Origin: a virus | Lineage: Duplodnaviria; Caudoviricetes | Length of the DNA: 31,128 nucleotides | Direction: 5' to 3' (one strand) | Virus record (IMG/VR): IMGVR_UViG_3300032295_001996 | Coordinates: 1-31,128 of that record | Part shown: positions 7,583 to 15,325 of the stretch, one piece after another | Numbering within the stretch: position 1 is the stretch's first letter | How the letters are laid out: each line of letters opens with the position of its first letter | Notes under the pieces: model-generated | What the model saw: only the letters and a program-made list of their open reading frames with translations | Database searches by the model: none | Told to the model about the DNA's origin: nothing | Program-made: the position numbers and the translations under genes

Positions 7583-8302
7583 TTAGATACCGAACGCGCT
7601 GAAGAACCTTTCCGGGAACGCCACTGCTTGCGAGGCAATATCTGCCGGGATGTCGAGGAAGCTCTCGCCTTCCTTAATCCAGCCCCGTTTCAGTGCTCCT
7701 GCCGTGACTTTTTCACGTTGAGCCACGGATTTGTCTGCCATCAGCCTTTGCATTGGATTAATGCGCTCCAGCATTGGCGGCACTGGCTCAGTCTCGACTT
7801 GGATTGGTTCGGGTTCGGTGTGTGACTGGATCGGCGCGAACTCTTGCACTTCTTCAGGTGCGTAAAGGCCAGATAGCACGCCGGGAAAGATTCCCCGCAC
7901 GGCTTCGCTGATGCAGCGAGCTTTAAGCATCTGGCGCGGAAACTTTTTCCAAGTCGGATTACCGGTAAGTCCCGCACGCTCGGCGTCTTTGATTGTCCAG
8001 GATACTTTCAGACTCCCGCCCTGGGGATGCGTAAACGTGCCCGAGACTGCATCGTGCGTGTACTCATGCCACTCTACGCGGCCTCCGGCCTGCTGAAATC
8101 GTGCAAGCATGGCTTCAGATTTTAACGAAGGTTTGCCGGAAATAATGTGGTAATCCCTGGCGGCCTCGGCGGGGTGCCGTCCTTCTGCTTGGCAAAGAAG
8201 CCCGAGAGCAAGTGCCTGCTCTGCGGTTTGAATGCCGAACAGTTTAGATTTGGCAATGGCCTCAGCCATTAGTTTCGTTTGGTCGAATGGTATCAGGTTC
8301 AT
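7583..8302 (-). CDS. RecT/Red-beta-like single-strand annealing protein, 239 aa
   Basis: HIISGKPSL, WKKFPRQMLKARC, FPGVLSGLYAPEE motifs. Confidence 0.82.
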   Translation of the reverse strand: MNLIPFDQTKLMAEAIAKSKLFGIQTAEQALALGLLCQAEGRHPAEAARDYHIISGKPSLKSEAMLARFQQAGGRVEWHEYTHDAVSGTFTHPQGGSLKVSWTIKDAERAGLTGNPTWKKFPRQMLKARCISEAVRGIFPGVLSGLYAPEEVQEFAPIQSHTEPEPIQVETEPVPPMLERINPMQRLMADKSVAQREKVTAGALKRGWIKEGESFLDIPADIASQAVAFPERFFSAFGI

Positions 8303-8775
8303 TTGTTCTTTAGTTTCATTCCCGCCTCTAAAATTAACAGTGCGTCGGCGGTCTTGAGCGTCACTGTGAGTTGCGGATATAGCGCCTGAGCACGGCCTTT
8401 GAGATGAGCTTTCCAGCGGTTGCCGTGCGTCTTCTTGTCACCTAGTCCAAGAGCCTGCTGCCACTTCTTGGGCGGGAGGTACTCGATCCGAGTACCGTAG
8501 GCAGCTAACAAGCCCTCGATGCGCCCGTAGTTGCGAAACATGGTAGCCATGCTGCTGCCGGACATCTTTCCGGCAAACTTAGGCAACTCTTCAAGAAACA
8601 CCGTAGGCGTGTCTGCTGATGTTGTGTTGTGGGCAGTGCACAGAATCATCAATTGAGTGTCCATGTCGTGCAGCGTGCTAGGCATTGGTAATGCGTGCGC
8701 ACTGCCGTCTGTGTCGATGTAGGCAATTCCGCCACCCACACCGGGATCAATAGCTATGCAATTTTGAACACTCAT
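8299..8775 (-). CDS. RuvC-like Holliday junction resolvase, 158 aa
   Basis: IAIDPGVGGGIA, VFLEE, PKKWQ, ADALLI. Confidence 0.88.
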   Translation of the reverse strand: MSVQNCIAIDPGVGGGIAYIDTDGSAHALPMPSTLHDMDTQLMILCTAHNTTSADTPTVFLEELPKFAGKMSGSSMATMFRNYGRIEGLLAAYGTRIEYLPPKKWQQALGLGDKKTHGNRWKAHLKGRAQALYPQLTVTLKTADALLILEAGMKLKNK

Positions 8776-8975
8776 TTTGTCAATCGCGCCCAGATACGCG
8801 CAAGAACGCTGTGGTTTTCGAGATGGTTAAGCGACTCTCGGAGAAGTCGCACGGATTCGCCTTGCCAAGCAATGATCTGCCGGGCGTCTGTCAATTTTGC
8901 GGATGTTTCTTTGAACTTTGCGCGTTCGTCGCGGAGTTTGCGGCGAAGCTCCCAGATTTGTTTTCGCGTGCTCAT
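8772..8975 (-). CDS. Hypothetical basic coiled-coil protein, 67 aa
   Basis: Four-base overlaps with both neighbours. Confidence 0.7.
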   Translation of the reverse strand: MSTRKQIWELRRKLRDERAKFKETSAKLTDARQIIAWQGESVRLLRESLNHLENHSVLARIWARLTK

Positions 8976-9961
8976 TTACTTGCAACAAGTGGAGCCTGCC
9001 CGAGTTTTCTTTGCACGATCCATTCGGGTAACTGATGCCCGGCGTTGCTCCAAAGCGTCTCCGCTTTTTTGCGACTCAGTGCGCCGAGTGCAGCGATAGC
9101 GTTACCGGCTCCAATTAGCCCTTCCTCAACGGCGCGTGCAACATGCTCGGCCTCGATGTACTCGGATGCACGCGGCTTCTGTAATCGCCAGCCAGGCACT
9201 TTTACGCCTGCTTCGAGTAATCCGCGTGCCTTTTCTTTTGCCGCGTCTCGGAAGTCGTCCAGCGTCTGGCAAGCGGCCAAGAATTGCCCGAGTCGGTCAG
9301 GATCGTTGAGCAGCGCCAAAAAGCCCTCGTCCTGCACTGTCGGCGCAAGCCCGGCAACGGTCACCAGCGCGCTGTCCTTGCTGGCAACACGAGCCGGACA
9401 GGTCAGCGATTTTGCGCACCACCCACAATAATCGTTTTCCACCGGCGCTGTGCCGACGTTCGCCAGCACCTTACGCACTAGCTCGTCGGCTGTTGTGTAC
9501 GTCCACCGGTGCGTGACTACCTGGCGTTGGTCACAAAACAACAGGTGCGTCGTCCATTCGCCAACAAAGTGCTCCTGCATCAGGCCCAGCGCATAAGCTG
9601 CCATCTGCGCGGCGTAGTCGTAAACTTGGCCTGATTTAAGGTCGATCAGGAATCGGCCTTTAAGCGCAACGCCGTCAGCGGTGCCGCGGTGCTCAATGCC
9701 GCCCGTGCGGATGCGGCAACGGTCCTCGTCTGTCACGAGGTCATGTGCGCCGCCCAATCGGATGCACTGGTCAATCGCCCACCGAACTGCCTGGGCGTCT
9801 TCCTCTGGCAAATCCCAGTTGGGGAACTCTCCGGTCGTCCAAGCGTGTCGGAATGCTGCGTCTAATTTGGTGCCGCGTTCTGCTGCCGGACTGGTGCCGG
9901 GAGCGCTTTCGTATTGCCCGCACAAAGCGAGTTTAGGGAGTGCTGAATGTCGAATGTTCAT
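8972..9961 (-). CDS. PD-(D/E)XK exonuclease (DUF2800/Cas4-like), 329 aa
   Basis: AAERGTKLD, GTAD...IDLKSG, QMAAYALG, C..WC.....C cluster. Confidence 0.85.
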   Translation of the reverse strand: MNIRHSALPKLALCGQYESAPGTSPAAERGTKLDAAFRHAWTTGEFPNWDLPEEDAQAVRWAIDQCIRLGGAHDLVTDEDRCRIRTGGIEHRGTADGVALKGRFLIDLKSGQVYDYAAQMAAYALGLMQEHFVGEWTTHLLFCDQRQVVTHRWTYTTADELVRKVLANVGTAPVENDYCGWCAKSLTCPARVASKDSALVTVAGLAPTVQDEGFLALLNDPDRLGQFLAACQTLDDFRDAAKEKARGLLEAGVKVPGWRLQKPRASEYIEAEHVARAVEEGLIGAGNAIAALGALSRKKAETLWSNAGHQLPEWIVQRKLGQAPLVASK

Positions 9962-9967
9962 CGGAGT

Positions 9968-10519
9968 CTAGTTTTTCGCCTTTCTGTTTTGCAGCATTGA
10001 GACAAGCCCGCATTGCGTCGAACAGTTGTTTTTCCACCGTCGCACGCTGTCCTTTTGCTGAAACACTTTCCCGCACCCCGCGCACGTGGTATCCACCACC
10101 CGGGACGCCCTGGTCATCGCCGCGGCTTTGCTGATGTAGTTCCGACACGTGATGCTGCAAACCACCTGTTTGCGTTGCTGGGGTTGGAATTCAATCGAGC
10201 AAACCTTGCACGTTTTCCGCTCGAGCCGGCAAACCTTGCATTTCGGTTGGTCGCTTTTCTTCGCCCGCGGAAACATCTCGTCGCACCCGGTGCACCGTGA
10301 CCACACGGATCCGTTGCCGATCTTCGGAAGCGCGTTTTTGGGTTCAGGCGCCGGCATGATGATCAGCCCATCGCGGATCCCCTTGCGGACTATTGCCGGG
10401 ATGTCCGCCAGCGAAATCGGTTCGTCCTCCCGTTGCCCGCCGAACTCGTAGCATTTCGTCCGGGCCGGTGGACTCCAGCACGGTTTGCCGTTCATCGTTC
10501 CGATGTTGCCGCCGCTCAT
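9968..10519 (-). CDS. Cys-rich multi zinc-ribbon protein, 183 aa
   Basis: CTGC, CKVC x2, CSITC, CAGC, CSTQC; ATGA overlap at 10516-10519. Confidence 0.7.
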   Translation of the reverse strand: MSGGNIGTMNGKPCWSPPARTKCYEFGGQREDEPISLADIPAIVRKGIRDGLIIMPAPEPKNALPKIGNGSVWSRCTGCDEMFPRAKKSDQPKCKVCRLERKTCKVCSIEFQPQQRKQVVCSITCRNYISKAAAMTRASRVVDTTCAGCGKVFQQKDSVRRWKNNCSTQCGLVSMLQNRKAKN

Positions 10520-10731
10520 GCTGCCCTCCTTGCCATGACGGTAAGGGTCAAAAGTGCCAGCCCGGCGATCACCAAGCTTTCGCCTAAGCAGTCGCAAAAC
10601 TGGATGGCAACCAAATCGGCTATCAGCAGCACGCCCAGCCCGATGGCGTAGGCAATAGAGTGCCGCGGTTTGTTAGGTGGCGGCGTTGGTTGCGGGCCCT
10701 GAAATGGCTTGGAGTAGTGGGATGTGCTCAT
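10516..10731 (-). CDS. Small membrane protein (2 TM), 71 aa
   Basis: Pro-rich N-terminus then two hydrophobic stretches. Confidence 0.7.
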   Translation of the reverse strand: MSTSHYSKPFQGPQPTPPPNKPRHSIAYAIGLGVLLIADLVAIQFCDCLGESLVIAGLALLTLTVMARRAA

Positions 10732-10762
10732 TTGTTCGGTTGGTTCGTTGGTTCACTCTGAC

Positions 10763-10815
10763 GGCCTCGTCAGTGCCCGCATTACGGGTCAGACGCCCCG
10801 AAAAGCGTTTCGGCC
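10763..10815 (-). ncRNA. Type II hammerhead ribozyme
   Basis: GGCC-GAAA-CGCUU(UUCG)GGGCG-UC/UG-A-CCCG(UAAUG)CGGG-CA-CUGACGA-GGCC: complete catalytic core and three stems. Confidence 0.9.
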
Positions 10816-11048
10816 TATACACCTTTGATTTCGGGACGAAACCAGCGAGGAAGCGTGAACCAGTCCGAATAAACATGCCCGCCAACTTCAGATTTGATGG
10901 CTTTGAAGATTGAGCGTGGAGCCCAAAACTCAACCACGCTTCCTTCTGCTTTTAGCAAAACCGCTTTTGCGGTTGCGCGAGCCACTTTGTAAGTGCCGCG
11001 AAGGCCAGGTGCTGCTGCTTCGATTTCAATGATGTCGTTCGTTGTCAT
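10815..11048 (-). CDS. Hypothetical early protein, 77 aa
   Basis: ATAKAVLL...FWAPRS...TLPRWF; ATG lies 7 nt after TATAGT. Confidence 0.7.
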   Translation of the reverse strand: MTTNDIIEIEAAAPGLRGTYKVARATAKAVLLKAEGSVVEFWAPRSIFKAIKSEVGGHVYSDWFTLPRWFRPEIKGV

Positions 11049-11084
11049 GCGCCCAACTATACCCAACCAAACGCGCTTCGCTAG
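11049..11084 (-). promoter_or_regulatory. Candidate sigma70-type early promoter (leaderless)
   Basis: -10 TATAGT (11056-11061), 7 nt from ATG; weak -35. Confidence 0.5.
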
Positions 11085-11254
11085 CTATTTTTTGAACTTT
11101 TTTTAGCCCTCCTCAAAGCGTTCATTTCCCGCGCTTTAGGCCTAGGCTTGCACGCATTCCGGCGCGCTGCTTCTGCTTTTTTTTCGGATTTAACTGCGCC
11201 GCCCAGCTTGCCAATCTCGCGGCAGTGCTCTCGGAGTGTTTTTTCAGGCTTCAT
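11081..11254 (-). CDS. Small highly basic protein, 57 aa (not in ORF track)
   Basis: MKPEKTLREHCREIGKLGGAVKSEKKAEAARRNACKPRPKAREMNALRRAKKSSKNS, translated by hand; overlaps the DUF3310 end. Confidence 0.7.
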   Translation of the reverse strand: MKPEKTLREHCREIGKLGGAVKSEKKAEAARRNACKPRPKAREMNALRRAKKSSKNS

Positions 11255-11453
11255 TGCGTTCTAAACGGTTGATTTCGCGGTCGATGTACCAAGCGGCTTT
11301 GCGCAGATCCTCCAGTGCTTCGCCTTTGAGTCCGGCGCGCCACAAGTACTTGATTGCGTTGCCAATGCAAAAGTTGAAGTGCTCGGTGATTTGGATGCAC
11401 TCAACCGAGGACGGATGACTGGTGTAGTGCGGTGGATGATTGACTGGATCCAT
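11244..11453 (-). CDS. DUF3310 (SaV / T7 gp1.7-like) protein, 69 aa
   Basis: DPVNHPPHY...ECI...FCIGNAIKYLWRAGLK...EDLRKAAWY. Confidence 0.9.
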   Translation of the reverse strand: MDPVNHPPHYTSHPSSVECIQITEHFNFCIGNAIKYLWRAGLKGEALEDLRKAAWYIDREINRLERNEA

Positions 11454-11487
11454 CCGTGCAGCCTAGCAAACCCCGCTTTGCTGTCTA
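11454..11487 (-). promoter_or_regulatory. Candidate sigma70-type early promoter (leaderless) with dyad in the spacer
   Basis: TAGACA-16-TAGGCT with extended TGn, 6 nt before ATG; AGCAAA-N6-TTTGCT dyad at 11465-11482. Confidence 0.55.
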
Positions 11488-11509
11488 GTGGCTGTTTCCC
11501 TGAAGTGTT

Positions 11510-11601
11510 GCAAGTGCCTTTGTTTCAAGGGCGGAAACTGCGAAAACGCCGTCGCAGGCTCTCCCTGCGCACCATACGGTCACTTGCCGGGACTTTGTCC
11601 C
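11510..11601 (-). ncRNA. Candidate structured RNA after the endolysin
   Basis: GCAAGTG/CACTTGC closing helix enclosing CCGT/ACGG, CGCAGG-GAGAG-CCTGCG and GCC..GGC hairpins; preceded by GGGAC-AAA-GTCCC. Confidence 0.45.
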
Positions 11602-11604
11602 AAA

Positions 11605-12219
11605 TTAGTCTCCAACGGGCACCAACCCCGACTGGAAAAGCTCGGCCTCTTCGTCTCTGCGCCGCCGTAGGCCCCTAGAGTCGGGCCAGAGTCGTTTCAT
11701 TGCGCGGATCTGGTCGGGAATCTGCGCCAATTCGTTCACGCGCAATAATTCTTGGATCCGCAGCATTTCGCGGCGCCGGTCTCCGCTCAAGTTCGGGCCG
11801 CGATTAAACACAATCGACACCAGTGCTGCCGCGCAATCCCCCGGGAGTGCCTGCACCTGCGGCCAGATCCGAAGCGTGCGCAGATACCAAGTCGGGACTG
11901 TGACCTCTTCAAAAACGGCCAGTGCTGCCGCCCAGGGCACCACTAAGTGCCGAACGTGCGGCAGAATGAACTTGGCATCCTCTCCGCGACGGTTTGCCGT
12001 GCCGATCAGTGCCGCCAGCGTTTGCTGGTCAATGTGCGGCGCCCACGCCCGTGCAGTTTCCGTTGCCGGCGTGTGCCCAAGATCCCAACCGATGCCGATG
12101 GTGATCCCCGACGCTTCCCCAGGCCATTCCGGGTGACGGTCGTACTCTGCCTCTCCGCCAGTTTCCCAGCCGATAATAGCTTTAATCCCCCGTCGGCTGA
12201 TATTCGTCGTCGTCATCAT
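11605..12219 (-). CDS. Endolysin, pesticin/T4-lysozyme-like muramidase
   Basis: IIGWETGG, WPGEASGITIGIGWDLG, ALVSIVFNRG, GLRRRRDEEAELF. Confidence 0.88.
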   Translation of the reverse strand: MMTTTNISRRGIKAIIGWETGGEAEYDRHPEWPGEASGITIGIGWDLGHTPATETARAWAPHIDQQTLAALIGTANRRGEDAKFILPHVRHLVVPWAAALAVFEEVTVPTWYLRTLRIWPQVQALPGDCAAALVSIVFNRGPNLSGDRRREMLRIQELLRVNELAQIPDQIRAMKRLWPDSRGLRRRRDEEAELFQSGLVPVGD

Positions 12220-12421
12220 TTTCAATTTCTACAGGTTCTTGCGCTTCTTCGGTCCAGCGCATTGCGTGGTACTGGCGGGCAAAAAGACTGCCAACTCCCG
12301 CCTCAAACGTCGTGAAACTTTCGCTGTCGGAATCGTGCGCCAAGATCTGCACACAATCAAAGTGTTCCCCGACTTCGGCCACGATCTTTGCCAAGTAGAG
12401 CTTTTTTTCTTCGGTGGTCAT
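12182..12421 (-). CDS. Hypothetical acidic protein, 79 aa
   Basis: Overlapping operon packing; EHFDCVQIL...GSLFAR. Confidence 0.7.
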   Translation of the reverse strand: MTTEEKKLYLAKIVAEVGEHFDCVQILAHDSDSESFTTFEAGVGSLFARQYHAMRWTEEAQEPVEIENDDDDEYQPTGD

Positions 12422-12630
12422 GTGACTAAGTAGTGTTTGACCTTCAGTTTACGATTGTCCGTTGTTACGGTGCTATACTGTGCGTGCTTCCACTTTTTGC
12501 GAGCAACAAGACTTTCCGCTGTCGGTTTGGCAATGCCAAGCATTTGAGCAAGCTGTGCAACAGTGTACCAACCCGGAGGCGGTGGTTCCCCTTGCAATTC
12601 AGCTTTAAGCGCCGCAATCGCCGACGGCAT
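12418..12630 (-). CDS. Small HTH-like protein, 70 aa
   Basis: PPGWYTVAQLAQMLGIAKPTAESLV; TGATG overlap with the phosphoesterase gene. Confidence 0.7.
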   Translation of the reverse strand: MPSAIAALKAELQGEPPPPGWYTVAQLAQMLGIAKPTAESLVARKKWKHAQYSTVTTDNRKLKVKHYLVT

Positions 12631-13376
12631 CAAACCGGCAGCCGGAACTGGTTGTCTCTTGTCTCTTTCGCGAGCCATATCACGGTTTCGTTGTCTGAGT
12701 ATTCGCCCCACGCAAAGCCCCTGCTCCAAGACGTGGTTGCCCTGCGCTGAGCACTGTATCCCATGGCGTTGACGTCGCCCAGCCAGCCTACGCAATAGCC
12801 CGTAGGGTGCGCTCTGTTACGTCCCTCGGCCTGCTGCACCCGGTGCAGGTGTGCGATGACCACTTTGTTTGCTGCCCCTTCGCAAATGGCCTCCGCATGA
12901 TCCCGCACTGCGTTTTCATTGATCATGTACCCGTGCCCAAACAGCGCATCTCCAAACAGCCTCCATCCTTGTTGAAAGTTGTAGTCCACAACTTGGCACC
13001 GCATCGCTTTTGCACGGTCCTGAATTTGATGCATCACACGGGCTGCCAGTGCCGCCACAATGGCCCGCGGCGACTCCATCAGCGTATTCAGGCGGGCCTC
13101 GTGGTTTCCAAGAAAGTAGACCTGCGGTTCCAGTCTTGAAAGGAACGCCAGCCCGTCGTTGAGGTCGCTTTCCGGGTCCACAGCATCATCCGCCGTACCG
13201 GCTGCACCAGCACGCAAGCAAGCGAGATCGATTGCGTCCCCCAAGTGCAGCGTGGTGTGAGGCTTCCATCGTTTTTTGAACGCCAGAACCTTGTTGATCA
13301 ACGCTTGATCTGCGTGATGCCCATGCGAGCACCCAACGGCGAGAAACCGCTTCCATGCTCGCGTGATGTTAGCCAT
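12630..13376 (-). CDS. Calcineurin-like metallophosphoesterase, 248 aa
   Basis: GCSHG, LGDAID, GNHE, FGHG, AHLHR motifs. Confidence 0.85.
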   Translation of the reverse strand: MANITRAWKRFLAVGCSHGHHADQALINKVLAFKKRWKPHTTLHLGDAIDLACLRAGAAGTADDAVDPESDLNDGLAFLSRLEPQVYFLGNHEARLNTLMESPRAIVAALAARVMHQIQDRAKAMRCQVVDYNFQQGWRLFGDALFGHGYMINENAVRDHAEAICEGAANKVVIAHLHRVQQAEGRNRAHPTGYCVGWLGDVNAMGYSAQRRATTSWSRGFAWGEYSDNETVIWLAKETRDNQFRLPV

Positions 13377-13380
13377 GCGT

Positions 13381-13554
13381 TTACTTCCGCAAAGTGCGGA
13401 CGATTTCCACAATTTTCAGAAACGTGTACACCGCGGCGAGTAAGCACCCGGCAACGCGGATCCACTGCTCAACTTCCGACAACGACAGCGCCAATGCGCC
13501 TACATTGGCAAGGTTGACTGTGATCAACTCAGCAACGTGTTTTTCACTAGACAT
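13381..13554 (-). CDS. Small membrane protein (holin-like), 57 aa
   Basis: Hydrophobic segments, basic C-terminus. Confidence 0.6.
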   Translation of the reverse strand: MSSEKHVAELITVNLANVGALALSLSEVEQWIRVAGCLLAAVYTFLKIVEIVRTLRK

Positions 13555-13780
13555 GTGCCAAGAATGTTGTGCCAGTGCTGGAAATCTGTGGGAGTCTTCC
13601 ATCGGCTCCATAAATTGCACTGTACGGCGAAATCGTCGAAGGCGGAAGCCCATTGCCGTCAGTTCCCGCTGGGGGCAGCACTCTTTTTACGTTTGCTAGG
13701 ATTTGCAGTCCGGCGGGGGGAGTTGCGCCTAGGTAACGGGCCTGCATTGCGGGAATCACTGGAACTGGAAGCACGGTCAT
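13547..13780 (-). CDS. Hypothetical Pro-rich protein, 77 aa
   Basis: Protein-like composition; overlaps both neighbours. Confidence 0.55.
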   Translation of the reverse strand: MTVLPVPVIPAMQARYLGATPPAGLQILANVKRVLPPAGTDGNGLPPSTISPYSAIYGADGRLPQISSTGTTFLAHV

Positions 13781-14039
13781 AAAAAAAGGAGATCCAAAGG
13801 AAGTTTAGGGAGATTCCAATGTTCAGCATCACTTCGGATGCTGCTGGACTGGATAGCGTTAGCAGATTCCAAAGTGCGCCGCAAACTGTCACTGTGGTCG
13901 CCGCTTTGCAAAGCACCGCAGCCCACGGACGCTGCCAGATTGCGCTTTCGGGATGCCCAAAAACTCGAAAGACAAGGTGGAGCGCCGAAACTGCCAGAAT
14001 GGCGTTAGCGATTGCGTTTATTGCTGTGGCTGGGGTCAT
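13659..14039 (-). CDS. Membrane protein (3 TM) with basic tail, 126 aa
   Basis: Three hydrophobic segments in the first ~87 aa. Confidence 0.65.
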   Translation of the reverse strand: MTPATAINAIANAILAVSALHLVFRVFGHPESAIWQRPWAAVLCKAATTVTVCGALWNLLTLSSPAASEVMLNIGISLNFLWISFFYDRASSSSDSRNAGPLPRRNSPRRTANPSKRKKSAAPSGN

Positions 14040-14316
14040 CGGAAATGAGTTTGGTACTGATTAGTTCGACTGCCCTTAAACCACAGAAGCCGAGCAAGAA
14101 AGCTGCCGCGAAAGCGTACTGCGGGTCGCCGTCGAGCTTGGCAATCTTGAGTATAAGCGGTGTGACGTAATTGGCTGATGCTGCCCCGCCAAGCAGGCTT
14201 GCAAGGGTTTTTGTCAGGTTGCGCCCTGCCTCTTTGCTAGACATCAAAACACTGCCAGCAAAGCCCGCGAGCGCGAGCCCTAGATCAATTCCGGCATGTT
14301 TGAGTTCCTCGATCAT
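14005..14316 (-). CDS. Holin-like membrane protein (3 TM), 103 aa
   Basis: LALAGFAGS...LLGGAASANYVTP...AAAFLLGFCG. Confidence 0.7.
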   Translation of the reverse strand: MIEELKHAGIDLGLALAGFAGSVLMSSKEAGRNLTKTLASLLGGAASANYVTPLILKIAKLDGDPQYAFAAAFLLGFCGLRAVELISTKLISDDPSHSNKRNR

Positions 14317-14792
14317 TTCTTTTCGTCGGGCTTGTGAATCCCCCCGTAGTAAAACGCCAGCACAGACGAAAATGCCGTGGACAGGCTACCGATCAACAAG
14401 CTCAAGGTGGTACTTTCCCACAGCTTTAGATCCCCGGTGAGAAGCCCGATGAGGATACCAAAGAAGCCAAGCGTGACTCCACAGGCCAGTACAGGAGGCA
14501 CCCACGATGCCATTGCAGTCTGCATGTTTCGTGCGCTCGCCCTGTCCTCCTGGGCCAGTCGTTCGGCGTCAATTCCCAGCTCGGCCATCCTCGTCTTGAG
14601 TTGCAGGTCGGCGGCTTGCAAGGCGGCAATCTGCTCCGCCGTCAGGTTGCCACTGGTAAGTGCCCGCTGCACTTTTTCCGCGGTCGCGTCGGACATCCCC
14701 AACGCTTTACCGACAGCCTCCACGGCAGCACCGCCGAGCGGGCCACCAAGGAGGCTGCCGATTGTGGGGAGAATTTTTGCGAGAAAGCTCAC
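14313..14792 (-). CDS. Holin-like membrane protein (GTA 3TM-holin-like), 159 aa
   Basis: LGGPLGGAA N-terminus, EDRASARNMQ coiled coil, two C-terminal TMs ending FYYG; GTG start. Confidence 0.7.
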   Translation of the reverse strand: MSFLAKILPTIGSLLGGPLGGAAVEAVGKALGMSDATAEKVQRALTSGNLTAEQIAALQAADLQLKTRMAELGIDAERLAQEDRASARNMQTAMASWVPPVLACGVTLGFFGILIGLLTGDLKLWESTTLSLLIGSLSTAFSSVLAFYYGGIHKPDEKK

Positions 14793-15325
14793 TATAGTTG
14801 CCCTCGGGACAAGTAATCAGCCAAACGCACCGCTTGAGGCGTTTCCTCCTCAATGATTCGCTCATAACACGCGGCACCGTACTGCTTAAAAACCACCGCG
14901 TTATTTCGGAACCATCCCATGTGGTAGCCAGACGCCATAAACGTCACGAGCTTCTCGGTTGCGTCTGCGTCCACGACGTAATTTAGCAATGCAAACTTTT
15001 CCACCCAGTAGCTTTTGGGTTGGCAATTTATGTGCCCGTGCCCGCCTTGCCCCGGAACCGCAGCAGAAAAAAGCACCGTCGGCGCAACGCTTGTGAGTGT
15101 TTTGACAAGCTCATTTGCCCGACTTTCTGGCAAGTGCTCTGCAACCTCAATGCACATTGCAAGATCGTATTTACCCGCGTACTTGTCCGCGAACTCGTCA
15201 GAAAACACGTCCATGACGTCATAAGGGCACCGCGGGTCAAGGTCCACGCCGTCAGCGTGCACGCCCGCCTCTCGGAGTGCCTTCACATAGATCCCAGGGC
15301 CGCAGCCAACGTCTAAAACTTTCAT
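14792..15325 (-). CDS. Class I SAM-dependent methyltransferase, 177 aa
   Basis: VLDVGCGPG, YDLAMCIEVAEHL, FSAAVPGQGGHGHINCQ. Confidence 0.9.
   Translation of the reverse strand: MKVLDVGCGPGIYVKALREAGVHADGVDLDPRCPYDVMDVFSDEFADKYAGKYDLAMCIEVAEHLPESRANELVKTLTSVAPTVLFSAAVPGQGGHGHINCQPKSYWVEKFALLNYVVDADATEKLVTFMASGYHMGWFRNNAVVFKQYGAACYERIIEEETPQAVRLADYLSRGQL
14806..14813 (-). promoter_or_regulatory. Late-gene motif CTTGTCCC, 13 nt before GTG 14792
   Basis: Exact 8-mer inside the 3' end of the methyltransferase gene. Confidence 0.55.

Noticed and set aside
8972-9961. Cas4 as part of a CRISPR system
   Set aside because: Sits with RecT-like, SSB and RuvC-like genes; typical stand-alone phage recombination exonuclease
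13778-13787. T7 run before ATGA as a programmed slip truncating the 126-aa membrane protein
   Set aside because: Not a canonical in-frame X XXY YYZ heptamer; one extra T would give a neat stop, but nothing here supports that without reads or homologues
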